A stretch of DNA of 62,944 nt, the filler included, from Lenisia limosa (taxonomy: Eukaryota > Protista > Breviatea): NCBI GenBank assembly GCA_001655205.1. It is 11 parts of 11 records of this genome, joined end to end, with 100 filler letters (N's around TTAATTAATTAA, not from the genome) between each part and the next. Parts side by side here need not be neighbours in the genome. Positions count along the whole stretch, not along the records: positions 7,078 to 27,087 come from LPNZ01006231.1; 10 more parts are not named here. One strand, 5' to 3'. The notes under the pieces are model-generated. The model made no database searches. It saw only the letters and a program-made list of their open reading frames with translations, and was not told where the DNA came from. Made by a program: the position numbers and the translations under genes. Shown here one piece after another: positions 12,230-23,585 of this stretch (its first letter is position 1; every line of letters starts with the position of its first letter).

Positions 12230-13070
12230 GTTCTCGCCATTTTAACAAGGTCTCTGGCGCTAACCTTCAGGGATTCTTCGTCAGTTGTATCCACCTGGGG
12301 CACCTCATCGATTACTTTCGGAAGTTTATCCTTCAGAAGTTCGGCCTGGGAGGAACTGCAAGACGTACACTGGTCATGGTTAGGTTGTGCAATCCTTGGG
12401 CAACAAGTTGCTCTGGGTACCGAATCTGGTGATTTAGAAACAGTGATGCCTTTTCAAATCCGGCCATTTGACCAGTTAAGGAAGGACAGCCTCTCATCTT
12501 TCACTCCAACACATGGATGGGGGGGCACACCACGGTTATTTGATGTGATGGTGAAGGGAAGGCCAAGTTTGGGGATAGGATTACACTCGCAGTTGTCGCT
12601 GTCGGGGGAAAGTTGATAGGTTGCAACAACGCTTGGCGGGTTTGAAGCGNNNNNNNNNNTTGTAGAGATGGGCAGTGATGGTACAGGATGGTTGGTTTCA
12701 TGATGACAGAGTTCTCGCCATTTTAACAAGGTCTCTGGCGCTAACCTTCAGGGATTCTTCGTCAGTTGTATCCACGCACCTCGTCGATTACTTTCGGAAG
12801 TTTATCCTTTAGAAGTTCGGCCTGGGAGGAACTGCAAGATGTACACTGGTCATGGTTAGGTTGTGCTATCCTTGGGCAGCAAGTTGCTCTGGGTACCGAA
12901 TCTGGTGATTTAGAAACAGTGATGCCTTTTCGAATCCGGTCATTTGACCAGTTAAGGAAGGACAGCCTCTCATCTTTCACTCCAACACATGGATGGGGGG
13001 GCACACCACAGTTATTTGATGGGATGGTGAAGGGAAGGCCAAGTTTGGGGATAGGATTACACTCCCAGTT
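12230..13070. repeat. Direct duplication of ~360 bp (12230-12594 and 12711-13070) in a decayed minus-strand ORF
   Basis: Manual alignment: 10 substitutions plus a 5-nt indel. Copy 1 has an in-frame TGA where copy 2 has CGA. A small N gap lies between the copies. Confidence 0.85.
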
Positions 13071-13289
13071 NNNNNNNNNNNNNNNNNNNNNNNNNNNNNN
13101 NNNNNNNNNNNNNNNNNNNNNNNNNNNNNNNNNNNNNNNNNNNNNNNNNNNNNNNNNNNNNNNNNNNNNNNNNNNNNNNNNNNNNNNNNNNNNNNNNNNN
13201 NNNNNNNNNNNNNNNNNNNNNNNNNNNNNNNNNNNNNNNNNNNNNNNNNNNNNNNNNNNNNNNNNNNNNNNNNNNNNNNNNNNNTAACT

Positions 13290-13586
13290 ATGTACACAGT
13301 ATATATGATATTGCACCAGACCTCAAAAAGTAAAATCAAGTCTGCTTTTGCAAGGGGAGGAATTTGCGTTAATGAAGGTAAATTGGTACTGGATCTGTCT
13401 AAATTGGCATTGAATGACCCCGACAATGCTTTCAAGGCCCCTATTGAGCTTCCTGAAAGAAGTGCTATTTACTCATGTCTTCTGAACACTCCTGATATGA
13501 TGGAACAAATTGAAATAGCAATGAACCCAAGCAATGATAAGGACGTCGTCAAGGATGCGTGGGGCCCCATTCTATACACCTCCTAG
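13290..13586 (+). CDS. 3' part of an unidentified protein (5' end in gap)
   Basis: 98-codon open frame with protein-like composition; no family recognised. Confidence 0.35.
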   Translation: MYTVYMILHQTSKSKIKSAFARGGICVNEGKLVLDLSKLALNDPDNAFKAPIELPERSAIYSCLLNTPDMMEQIEIAMNPSNDKDVVKDAWGPILYTS

Positions 13587-13650
13587 TCCTGCAATTGTAA
13601 AAAAATAACTACTAAAACTACTTTTTGACCAAAACAAATAAACAATAACT

Positions 13651-14490
13651 ATGAACAAAGTAAATGTTGTGTCGCTACTTGGGTCTGGTAGTTTTGGTGA
13701 GGTGTATCTAGCGAAGTGGAGGGGAATTGAAGTTGCGGCTAAAGTTGCAAAACTAAATTCAGAAAAACTTGACTTCTCTTCTTTTGAGAACGAAGCGGCG
13801 ATACTTGCCAGAGTTCGGCATCCTAATTGTGTCCTTTTTTTGAAGGCATCTTTAAAACCAAAGCCAATGATTTTAACTGAGTTTGTGAATGGGGTTACTT
13901 TGTTTGAATTTCTACATTCCCAGATTGCGATTAAATACAAAGAGAGAATTAAAATTGCTCAAGACATTGCTTCAGCTCTATTCTATCTGCACTCTTGTTC
14001 CCCTCCAATTCTTCATAGAGATATTAAGTCTTCAAATGTTTTAGTGTATATAATTTAAGGTAACCAGATTGAACAGCAAAGCAATGAAATATGCGCCAAA
14101 ATTTGTGACTTTGGTTTATCTGTTTTTGCCCATATAAACAAAGGTGTTGTCTTTTTTTTTTATCAAGGTTGTGTTGGAACGATCCCTTGGACAGCGCCGG
14201 AGGTTGTTTTTAAAAATGAGTGTACAAGTGCAAGTGATATCTACTCCTTTGGTGTCATTCTATGGGAACTTCTAAGTAGAAAATGTCCTTATGAAGGACT
14301 CCAAGTTTCTCAGATTTTGGCTTCAATGAGGCAGGGGATGCAACCTGGTGATATTGAAGAAAGCTGGCCCACTTCTCTTCAAAATTTAATCATGTCGTGT
14401 TGGAAGGAAAATATCTCTGAAAGGCCATCATTAGGTTTTATTATTTCTGTTCTCTATAAGTCTTCAGATCTTGAAGTTTTTGAGGAATAG
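13651..14490 (+). CDS. TKL-group protein kinase (kinase domain only); two 24-nt GT-AG introns (14044-14067, 14144-14167)
   Basis: LGSGSFGEVY, VAAK, HRDIKSSNVL, KICDFG, GTIPWTAPE, SDIYSFGVILWEL, CW...RP; TAG stop ends at 14490. Confidence 0.92.
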
Positions 14491-14783
14491 ATATTATGTG
14501 ATGATGTATATTATTAAAGGCGGAGTTATCTTAAAGCGGGGTGAAAGTTAATGGACGTTTTTTTTGATTATATTGAATTTTTAATATCGCCTTACTGAAT
14601 AATGTTTCACTAATTTATGTGTTGCTGCCGCAACGATCAATAATACTACTCTACATCACGATCTGAGTGTATATAAGTGCATAATCCCCACCTTGAAACC
14701 ACGCTTGGTGGGATTGGTCGGAGTGCACAATCCCCAGGCCTGTGGCCACTTGAAAAACCCCAATTATTCATCGAAATATAAAT

Positions 14784-15787
14784 TTATTTTTGAAAGTGTT
14801 CCTCAAAAAAAGCGATGAGGTATTGGGCAACAGTAAATGAAAAAACAAGTTTTGGGCCAACAGTCAATAATTTTGGTGTTAGTCCTTTTGTAAACGCTGA
14901 GAGTCCTTCGTTAGAAAGAATATCTTTGACAATTTTTAAACCAGAAGTAGAATCACCAAATCCTTTGTTTTGAATTCTTGTCTTAACAACATCCAGGGGA
15001 GAGGCCACTGAAATTGAAAACAAAGCACCAACAGTACTAGCACAGAAAGTCTGAAGAAATGTTGCCTTTTGGCCATCTTCAATTTTTAAAATTACATTCT
15101 TGATAAGAGACAAGAAAACACACTTTGACAAAAGCATTACCTCCAAAAAGTGCAAAGGAGCCAGGAGCGTTCCTCATGATTGTGAACCCAGTTCCTTTAT
15201 AAAGAGATTTTCCTTCAGTTTTAATAATATCAAAAAATCCACGACCAGCTAATGACAAGAAGTTAAAATAATAACGAACCTCAGGATTAGTTTGGGCCTT
15301 AATCTTCAAAACATCTAATGGAAGTAGGGCCACTTCTCCAATTCCAATTAAACATCCAGCAGTAGCCTCCGTCATTGCGCGACCAGCTTTCTCTCCAAGA
15401 TGGGACTTGAAGAAAGGACCGACAGGAGTTTTGGCAACAAATTCACGAGCAAAAGGCTGTCCACCAAATTTATACACTCTTTGAAGAACTTTGTAGGCAA
15501 CAGCAAATGAAAGACCAGGGAACAATGAAGCATAACGCTTCATAAATGATGCATTGTATGAATCTTTAAAAACAATCTGTGAAACGTGATCTGCTCTCAT
15601 TGCAAAAGACACATTTGGAAGAACAATCTTTGATTGACATGACATTAAGCGCTTTTAGGAATTCCTAGCAAACCTTTGCAATGGTGTCAATTGGATGGAA
15701 TCCCATTAACTCCACAATTCCTGCAGTACCTGATCCCAATACTTTGGCTAAAACGCTACCTCCACCACCATTATTAACCGGCGACAT
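14784..15787 (-). CDS. GGC1: Mitochondrial GTP/GDP carrier; introns 15673-15652 (22 nt, AG), 15279-15256 (24, TG), 15123-15099 (25, AG)
   Basis: LGSGTAGIVELMGFHPIDTIAKRLMS, LFPGL..A..YKVLQRVYKFGGQP, IGIGEVALLPLDVLKIK, RNAPGSFALFGGNAF and KGLTPKLLTVGPKLVFSF are near-identical to yeast Ggc1 motifs. Confidence 0.95.
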
Positions 15788-16494
15788 ATCTGCAACAAAT
15801 ATCTTTGATATAATCGCTTGTACTTTCGAATCTACCCCTTTCAAGTGTGTTCATTGACAACATTTTTGCTAAAATGTTCGTACCATTAATATGCATTTAG
15901 AATAATCACTTCTCTTGCATTAAACTCCTTTTTTTGTTTACTGTTTTATATTTTGTTCCTCACTGCTTATTGTGTAGGCTGTTCCATATGCGCGGCGTGC
16001 TACATAAAGCTCTTCCACAGGAGGCACAGATCAGAGTTAGTGGTCTTTTAGTTGCATTGGTCCACAAATAACCAAATTAAATATGAGTTTTGACTATTCT
16101 TGGAAAAGTACCCTGTTAATGAGATTGCAGAAGCGGTGCTGCTTTTCCATTGCCCTGATTTCATGTTTTCTTATTATTTTTAAGAGTTTAAACTAACCCT
16201 TCTTTAGCTTGACAGATCGGTATATGATGCCTTCTGTCGTGAGGAAATTGATGAAAACTTCAATTCCAAAACCTTCATGGTAAGAAGAAATATGTTTCAC
16301 TTTTTTGAGGTGGAAGATGGGGTGAGGTGAGGGATGGGGTGAGGTGAGGGGTTGGAGGATCGTATAAATTTTTTTTATTAGTGAAGTGTATTGAATATTT
16401 ACTTTCTAGAATGCACTTCATTCGGTCAAAGAGTGTGTTTAAAATGAAATTGCTAGACTACAGCAGTCCACATCACCAGATTTTAATTTTGTAG

Positions 16495-16790
16495 CTTTGC
16501 GAAAGAAACACAACGATATGGAAACCTCCCTTGCTAAGTCAGCTGTCAACCTTTTTTTTTTGCTTCACGTTGGTGGTTTGGATTGATTATTTATCTGCTT
16601 ATTCTGTTACATTTGTTTCATTTTGCTCAACCTGAAGCTAAGTATAATTTATTTGTATACTTTTCGTTGTTGTTGGTGTATGGGCTATGCTTGTGGTATA
16701 CTTTTTTTGCAATCTAATTATAAAGAAGATGAGCAAGCATCAGACAAGGAAGAAGAGGAGGACACAGAAGAGGAGGAAGAAGGAAGATGA
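16495..16790 (+). CDS. Small membrane protein with acidic tail (5' end unresolved); predicted introns 16538-16562 (25 nt, TG), 16642-16669 (28, TG), 16696-16725 (30, AG)
   Basis: Spliced: LCERNTTIWKPPLL-TSRWWFGLIIYLLILLHLFHFAQPEA-NCWCMGYAC-EDEQASDKEEEEDTEEEEEGR*. The unspliced frames stop early. No homolog recognised. Confidence 0.45.
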
Positions 16791-17328
16791 AAAACACGCT
16801 GAAATTGAAGCTGACATAGACATTCACATCCCCAATGTACACTGGTTCAAGTAGGCAAATTAAAATGTTTCGTCTATTTCTTGGTGTAATGTTGTTTTTT
16901 TGGGGTTTTTTTTTGAAGAAAAACATACTTTTCCCATGTAGATATTCCACATTGCCTCAAGAAATGCCATAATTTAGTATACTATGTGTTTTTGCAACAT
17001 TGGCCAAGCAATTCGAAATCATCTCTTTCATTCATTAGACAAGACAGAATTAGCACATGTATCAACCAGTTCAAGAGTATTTTTGTAAGTAATAGCTGAC
17101 TTGTGGTTGTGAGCCAAAATTGTTTGAAATGCATGGTTCACGAAAGTCTGACAGCTTTAAAGTGAAATGTCCAAGTAAAGGGGGGGACCTTTGCTTGTTT
17201 ATTGGTCATCAATATACGGTATACTATATGTATGAGTATATATGATACATATCATATTTATCAAAAGGTCTTACCAATTATATGAGAAAGGATACGTCAC
17301 AATTAAAGAAACTCGTTTATCATTTCAG

Positions 17329-17443
17329 AATGCGAGTGTAAGACAGACATTGAATTTGACCCCAATGTCCCAACAAGTTCAATTAAAATGGGTACATTGC
17401 TGGAGGCTTCAGCATCAATTGTCGCAGGAGAGTCTTACACAAG
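17329..17443 (+). pseudogene. Possible decayed DNA-transposase exon (Mutator-like)
   Basis: ECECKTDIEFDPNVPTSSIKMGTLLEASASIVAGESYT resembles, from memory, the LxSAAILFxGxxYTK segment of Mutator-like transposases. Downstream frames contain stops. Confidence 0.25.
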
Positions 17444-20400
17444 GTTGGTGTGTTATCTTTACTCTTGAATAATAGGTAGTAAATTATCAGTGGAATATGT
17501 TACATACTAGGCAAATAATTATCTTTTATAATAGGTTATTTATGCTTATTTACACCTAGGAGTTGAAAGAATCTGCTATTAAGCTTGCACACTTATAATC
17601 ATGCATACTATAAGTTGTTATCCAGCCTTAATATTTCTCTATCTGATTTAATGCACTCTTGGCTCCCTCACTGACAACACAATTATCGCCGCCGGCAGAT
17701 TCTTTGCCAACGCCGTCCAATTTCCGCCAGAGCCTAGCGTAACTTTGACTGGTGTTTTGGGCAATCTACAGGCACTAAAGGAGCTGTCTACCAAGTGGAT
17801 AATCAAAATTGTTAAGGCTCACCCTTCAAAGTGTGTAATACTGGATTATTGAGAAACCTAATAATACAGAACTTTCAGATCAGACACTACGTTCGCTAAG
17901 AGACGGAGATCAACAAGTACCCTTGTCTCTCTTGTCCACCTCTCGTCCAAATTCTTTAAGGCTTTTGCTGTTCTGTGTTCCGCTATGCATGTATATTGTA
18001 TTTCGCTATTATTGTCTAATAATCACACTTATAACAATAATTTAGATATCTACTACATCAAAGATGACACCTTGTCTTATCCTAAGTTGGAGGAAAGAGG
18101 GACTCGTTGCCAAGAACAACGGGGTTCACATTGGTGCCATCTGTCGTCCAAAATGAGATTGATAGATTATTTTTGTTCTGGGTGGTGTTCATGAAATGTA
18201 TGAAAATATATTCAAAATCAGTACGGGTAAACTAATTACTGTTTTATTTAAGGCATCTTTTTGTTAGTTGGACGGCATTCTTTGTTTTTCAAATCTTGTT
18301 CGGCCTGTTATAAATATAAACATAGTGCATACATTCATATGATATAACTACATGCGATATATGAAATAGACAAGCTGTGGTAAGGGGGTTGGGCGGGGGT
18401 GCAGATTCACCATGGTTATAAAGCAGGTTCCTAAACCAGAATATTGTCAGGGATATCCAAACGAAAGTTTCAGTTATTAAGAAACAAATGGAGAAATGAA
18501 GAGGGTGTCCGTCACACTGGGTTACATCGGTAAACTGTCGTCGAAATTCGCGGCTTTTTGATGAATTTTCTACATCAACAGCGCCTTGACACCTATGAGA
18601 GTGTCACGTATTGAAAGATTTGAGTATTAGAAAATGACACTTTGATCAGTGATGAATAGTTCGTAAAAATTATCATAAATGAGGGGAGAATCTGACGCCA
18701 GATCAGCGTGAGGATATTATGTTATAATATTATACAAGTAAAAATGATATTGATAAGCCCAAATCCTAAGTCATACAACTCATTGTCGTGCAGAAACAAG
18801 TCATTGGGAGATATTACTATCTAGAAGCTTGTCCACAACAAAATGTGTTCATCAAACAGAATTGCTTCCTTTGACCTTCTTGGAACATCAAACGTAGCTG
18901 TGTCTCAAGCCACCTCTTCAAATCTTTTTTAGTTTCTTTACTTAAAGGAATTTAAGTTCAGTCAATTAGAATTGTGTACAAAAAACCCAAAATACGTGGG
19001 AAATCCTGCCGAAAAGCAAACTTTAATTCCTTCAACTAAAATGTTAACATAAGGGTGAACTTTCCACCAAATATTCTCAGCCATTGTTTGAAATAGAGTT
19101 GGTCTACTCCCGAGCCTAATACAATCCCAAGAGAGGACTCTGCGAACTGTTCGCTCACCTCTAGAAGCAACTTTATTAATTAAATAAAACACAATGACAC
19201 GTCACTTTTTGCCTAAAGCAGGTTGGTAAACATTACAAGCCAGCCCATGTCTTTGAAGATTATCTCCCCAGGCGCTTAAGTACCGTAGTTTCGTCAGGCC
19301 TGAGAACATCCTTATACATCATATGTGCCAAATAAAACATCAACCGTGGCCCAGCAGTTCGTCGACCCAACCAATATTGGTAATAAAACCATGAAACCAC
19401 AAAAAACGGAGATTCGATAATGCAGTTAAAGGTTAGTGTGTTTAAAGTATGCTAGAGATAATGCTTTATATTGACCAAAACTACCTATTGTAAATGTTTA
19501 TGTTGGATCTTGGTATTTAGTGGACTTTTTGGATATCCAATTTGCCCAAAAACAACCACATCACTTTTTGGATCATTTTCAAAGGTGTTTACTATCATTT
19601 TCCACGAAGTGATCCTGCATATCCACTCGTATGATAATTAACCGAAAGTTCTATGATACTCTGATACACTCATGTTATCGGCCATATGATCAAATCACTA
19701 GTGTATATATGGGTTAACCTATCACTTTTGGGTCATTTTCACACATGTAATCTACCATTTTCCACGCAGTGATATAATACATCAGATCCACTTGTATGAT
19801 AATTGACCGACAAGGCTCAATGATACTCTGATACACTAGGAATTAAACCTCGTGTTATCGTCGTTCATCATTTCGACTCGAATGTCGGTCACATGCTCAC
19901 ATCTGGTGGATATGGGACAACATGCTTATTTTTGCTAAATTGCCATCGACATGAAAAGAACAATTAACAATCATGATATACTTTCAGATAAAGAAGAATT
20001 TTGAGTCATGATACCGCAATTTGATAGATATGAAGAAAACCAGTCATTTTTTGCACTTTCGAAATGACGAATATCGTACTTTCACAGAGAGAGTCATTAC
20101 CACGTTTGTTATTGAAAAATTGTCACTGACAGTTCATACTTGTGAAAATGAGACAAAAAGTGATATTATTACTCATTGTTCTTTTCATAACTTTGAAAGT
20201 GTAGCAGGATTACTAATTGTTCATTTCTATGAAAGGATTGTCTGAAGATTCTTTGCTCTTTTTCGATGAAACAGCCTTTTTTCAAATAAAAATGGCATGG
20301 TATCCAATATATTACTACCTTTCGAGTCGAAATGGGAAACTGGTAAATAAGCTAACACCCAGCTTTTGATTATTCTTACCTTTATCTGTGGTGATGGAGA

Positions 20401-21108
20401 TAAAGTGGGGGAGATACTTCAAAAACAGTTTTCACTTCTTCATCTAATACACGGCAAATTGTGAAAGAAGATTTTACAACAAAATTTATAACATCCAGAC
20501 CCCACATTTCAGTTTTTGGCTTCACCGGAGTAATTCCTCCATACCCGGAGGGATCATTCCCCTGCTTGGATTGTCTTGTTTGAAAGGTGTCCGACAATTA
20601 TCCAAGCTATCTTTTCATATACTTGTCCAATTCTCAAAAATAGAACATATTTCAGTACGTTATTGAATTGTAACATCAATAGTCATCCAGCCAGCACAAG
20701 TCCTTGGTGACTCGGACAGAACTCGTTTTTACTGGACTTTTGCCTGTTTCAAACCATATTTCTTGTCATTTAATCCATAATAAATGCCAAGGCCAAAGAA
20801 AGGTGAGCCAAGCCTCGAATACTTCTTTATTTTCAACCTTCTCGCTATTCCTTGACTATATTATTGTTATGCACCTTACCGCCATAAATCAATTTGGCCA
20901 ACACACAACCATCCCTGATCTATTTTACCACAATCGTGTATGTGATGAACATGAGTCCAAATGCCTCTGCCTAAATGGGCTAACCCGTAATTCAGCCACA
21001 ATGCCACAATTCCCTGCCTCTATAGAAGAAGCATAGAAACTCCAGTCACAAACTTGAAGGATTTCATCTTGACTCCATACTTTTGTTTATTCTCCTCCAA
21101 GGATAAAC

Positions 21109-22166
21109 TCATGAAATCCCCCTCAAAAAATCAGGAAGTTGCTGCTGTGGAAACCCATACTCAGCAAAAATACAAAATAAAAGCGAAAAAAACAACTTAG
21201 AATTTGGCTGTGGTTCTTCTAAAAAAAAAGGGTGCTTCAAGGCTTCTCTGGCTGTAATACGCTTGAGAGGAGAATAACAAAGAAGTTTTAAAAGTAGATC
21301 TTGTCCACTTGACGATATTCCTGATGGTAGAGAAGTGTTGAAAAACTTCCAATCAGACACAAGCTCAAAGTGTGGAAAACACATCAAGTCATTATCAGCA
21401 GGTGTGCCCAAAACTGAAAATATTTTTTTTAGTTGCTCAAGGTGAATGTTCCCACACTCTTTCCCTTGAAAGAGAGGCTTCAATGTTAAAAGCTCTCCAA
21501 AAATACAACCTACTGCCCAAATATCGACAGCAGAAGAGTAATGACGACATCCAAGTAATAACTCAGGTGCCCTGTACCAAAGCGTTACCACAACTCCATT
21601 TTCATGAAATGATCTTAAAGGCTCTTTAAAGCAGCGAGCTAAGCCAAAGTCCGCTGATAAACTATTTGAAACAAACCGATCTTAACAATTCCATAGAACC
21701 TGTTAAGCAAAATTAAAACATTTGAGGGCTTTATATCACGATGAACAACCCAATTACGATGTAAAAACTCAATGCCTTTGAGAATCTGCCATAACAATGT
21801 TTTTGATACAGAGAGAGGAAGCCAAGTTGTTAGAATAACTGGGTACCTTTTTCTTGATTGACCATAAGCCCGCAACATTTGAAACAAATCAAAAGTTGCA
21901 TATTCAAATATAAGTATCACATTACTGGAATCATAATCTGTATCTACTTCAACTAAAGATATAATATTAGGATGTTGAAGTTCCTTCAAAAGACATAATT
22001 CTCTTACAGTTGAGAGAGAAATCCCTTCAATGCTGATTGATGATTTAAAAAATTTTACTGCAACAAATTTGCCCTCCAAAACTCCTTTAAAGACTTTCCC
22101 ATAGGTTCCTTCTCCAATCTTTGCTATAATTTGAAAGGATGATGATTTTCCGTCTTTTCTTATCAT
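21109..22166 (-). CDS. CDK8: CDK8-like cyclin-dependent kinase; introns 21846-21823 (24 nt, TG), 21676-21654 (23, AG), 21196-21173 (24, TG)
   Basis: IGEGTYGKVFKG, GISLSTVRELCLLKELQHPNII, FLHRNWVVHRDIKPSN, ADFGLARCFKEPLRSFHENGVVVTLWYRAPELLLGCRHY and EEPQPNSNIFA are CDK8/19-type features. Confidence 0.88.
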
Positions 22167-23585
22167 ACTAGCACACCCAAACCCTGCTGCAGACCAACTG
22201 ATGAAGAGATGACTGCCTGACTTTGGGCTGACGACACGGAGCTGACCAAACCCACCCTGGGTACAGGGGCTCCAAGCGACGCTTGCTGTACCCTCCAGGG
22301 GCTCCAAGTGACGTGCCCCCGGCCACTTGTAATAATTCGTTGCTAAATGTCGAAAAATGACTGGAAAAAAAATGCTGCAAAACAGTCTCACTGAAATTAG
22401 AAACTCGTGCTAAATTAATATTGTTAATATACCCAGCAGTGATATGTTGCCATTAGGTTGAAGAAGGTGATTTGTAGAAGAAACTCGAAATTGAAACAAA
22501 ACCTGGCTCAATATACGTTTGTTGCCTTTTTTATTGATAATAGAACAAGAGAAATTAGAGAAGCGGAGGTTTTGGAGGATGAAAAGAAGGGCTCAAGCCT
22601 GGTTAGTGTTTTATGTTTGATTATAGTCCGTGTTATTCTTTTAAAATATTTTTATCTCCCTAGGGCAAAAAATACACTAATTTTGCTGTTGAGATTGATT
22701 GCAAATCAAGTTCCATTTTAAGTCATCGAATTGTGGTAACAAGCCAGGACGAAAAGGTAGGTCTACATGGTGCACTTGAGAGATAACCTTTTGCTGTAGA
22801 GAGCGCCAAGTCCAAGCGCAAGGTCCTTCGCAAGAAGCGCCTCACACACAAGGACATCAATTCACGACTATCGTGGGAACTCAGGTTTTCTTCCTGTTCG
22901 TGTTTGTGGGGTTTATGAGCATGTTTACCAACTGTTGTGTTTTTCTTCATTGCAGTTTTTTTTTGCTACAGTGGGAGTATTTATTGAGTTTTTAGAGAAT
23001 ACAGTTTTTGTCAACCCCATCTTACAATAGAGCCTCCATCACCAAATTATCCTCTTTTGTGACTACAGTCCTCAACCAACTCAGATTCGCTGAGTTATCA
23101 TTCTTTTCTTGCTGCCTCTCCGATTATGTCAAATATACCTGGGTCCCATCCATAGCTAAGCGGATCACGTCCAACTTTCAGTTCCCCGACAGAGTGTCTC
23201 AGAAGTCCGAACGTTTGGGTCATTCTCATCTGTATGTGATTGTATTCTGTTGTCATTGTTTAGCTTCTCCAATTTATCGGGCTTCGAAACCAGGCAGCGC
23301 AATATTTTGTACACTCTGAGTCCTTTCGTAAATCTTTTCCTATTTCATCCTCCCAAGTATGTGGGTGCGGTGAGTATGTATTATATATAGCTATATATAT
23401 AAATCTCTCATTGAACAGTCACCTCACACTGATGACTCTGCCTTCGCAGAATTTGTTCAGATACGTATCTGGGTGATTAATAACAGTTTAGCAATGCCCA
23501 GAAATTCAAATCGTGATGAAGTCTATTGACGACTATAAAATGAAAATTCCCAAGCAAGATGTCGAGCACCCCATTTTCAAATTAT

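Noticed and set aside
14041-14067. In-frame TAA in the TKL kinase and TGAs in ASF1 as stop-codon reassignment
   Set aside because: They fall inside 24-nt introns, and TAA, TAG and TGA all terminate genes in this scaffold.
14560-14760. Possible snRNA between the kinase and GGC1
   Set aside because: Only a loose resemblance to U2; the conserved branch-pairing and Sm motifs were not found.
15874-16325. Small gene with a possible in-frame TGA (selenoprotein-like) or an RPB12-like CxxC frame
   Set aside because: Several incompatible splice models are possible, with no recognisable motif or SECIS.
11160-21846. Canonical reinterpretation of the TG introns by sliding junctions or using nearby AGs
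   Set aside because: Checked for the six introns in ASF1, GGC1 and CDK8. Slides give non-canonical pairs, and nearby AGs break the frame or fit the conserved alignment worse.
22190-22260. Box C/D snoRNA or SRP-like motifs
   Set aside because: TGATGA/CTGA and ACGGAGC matches are short and lack the required structure.
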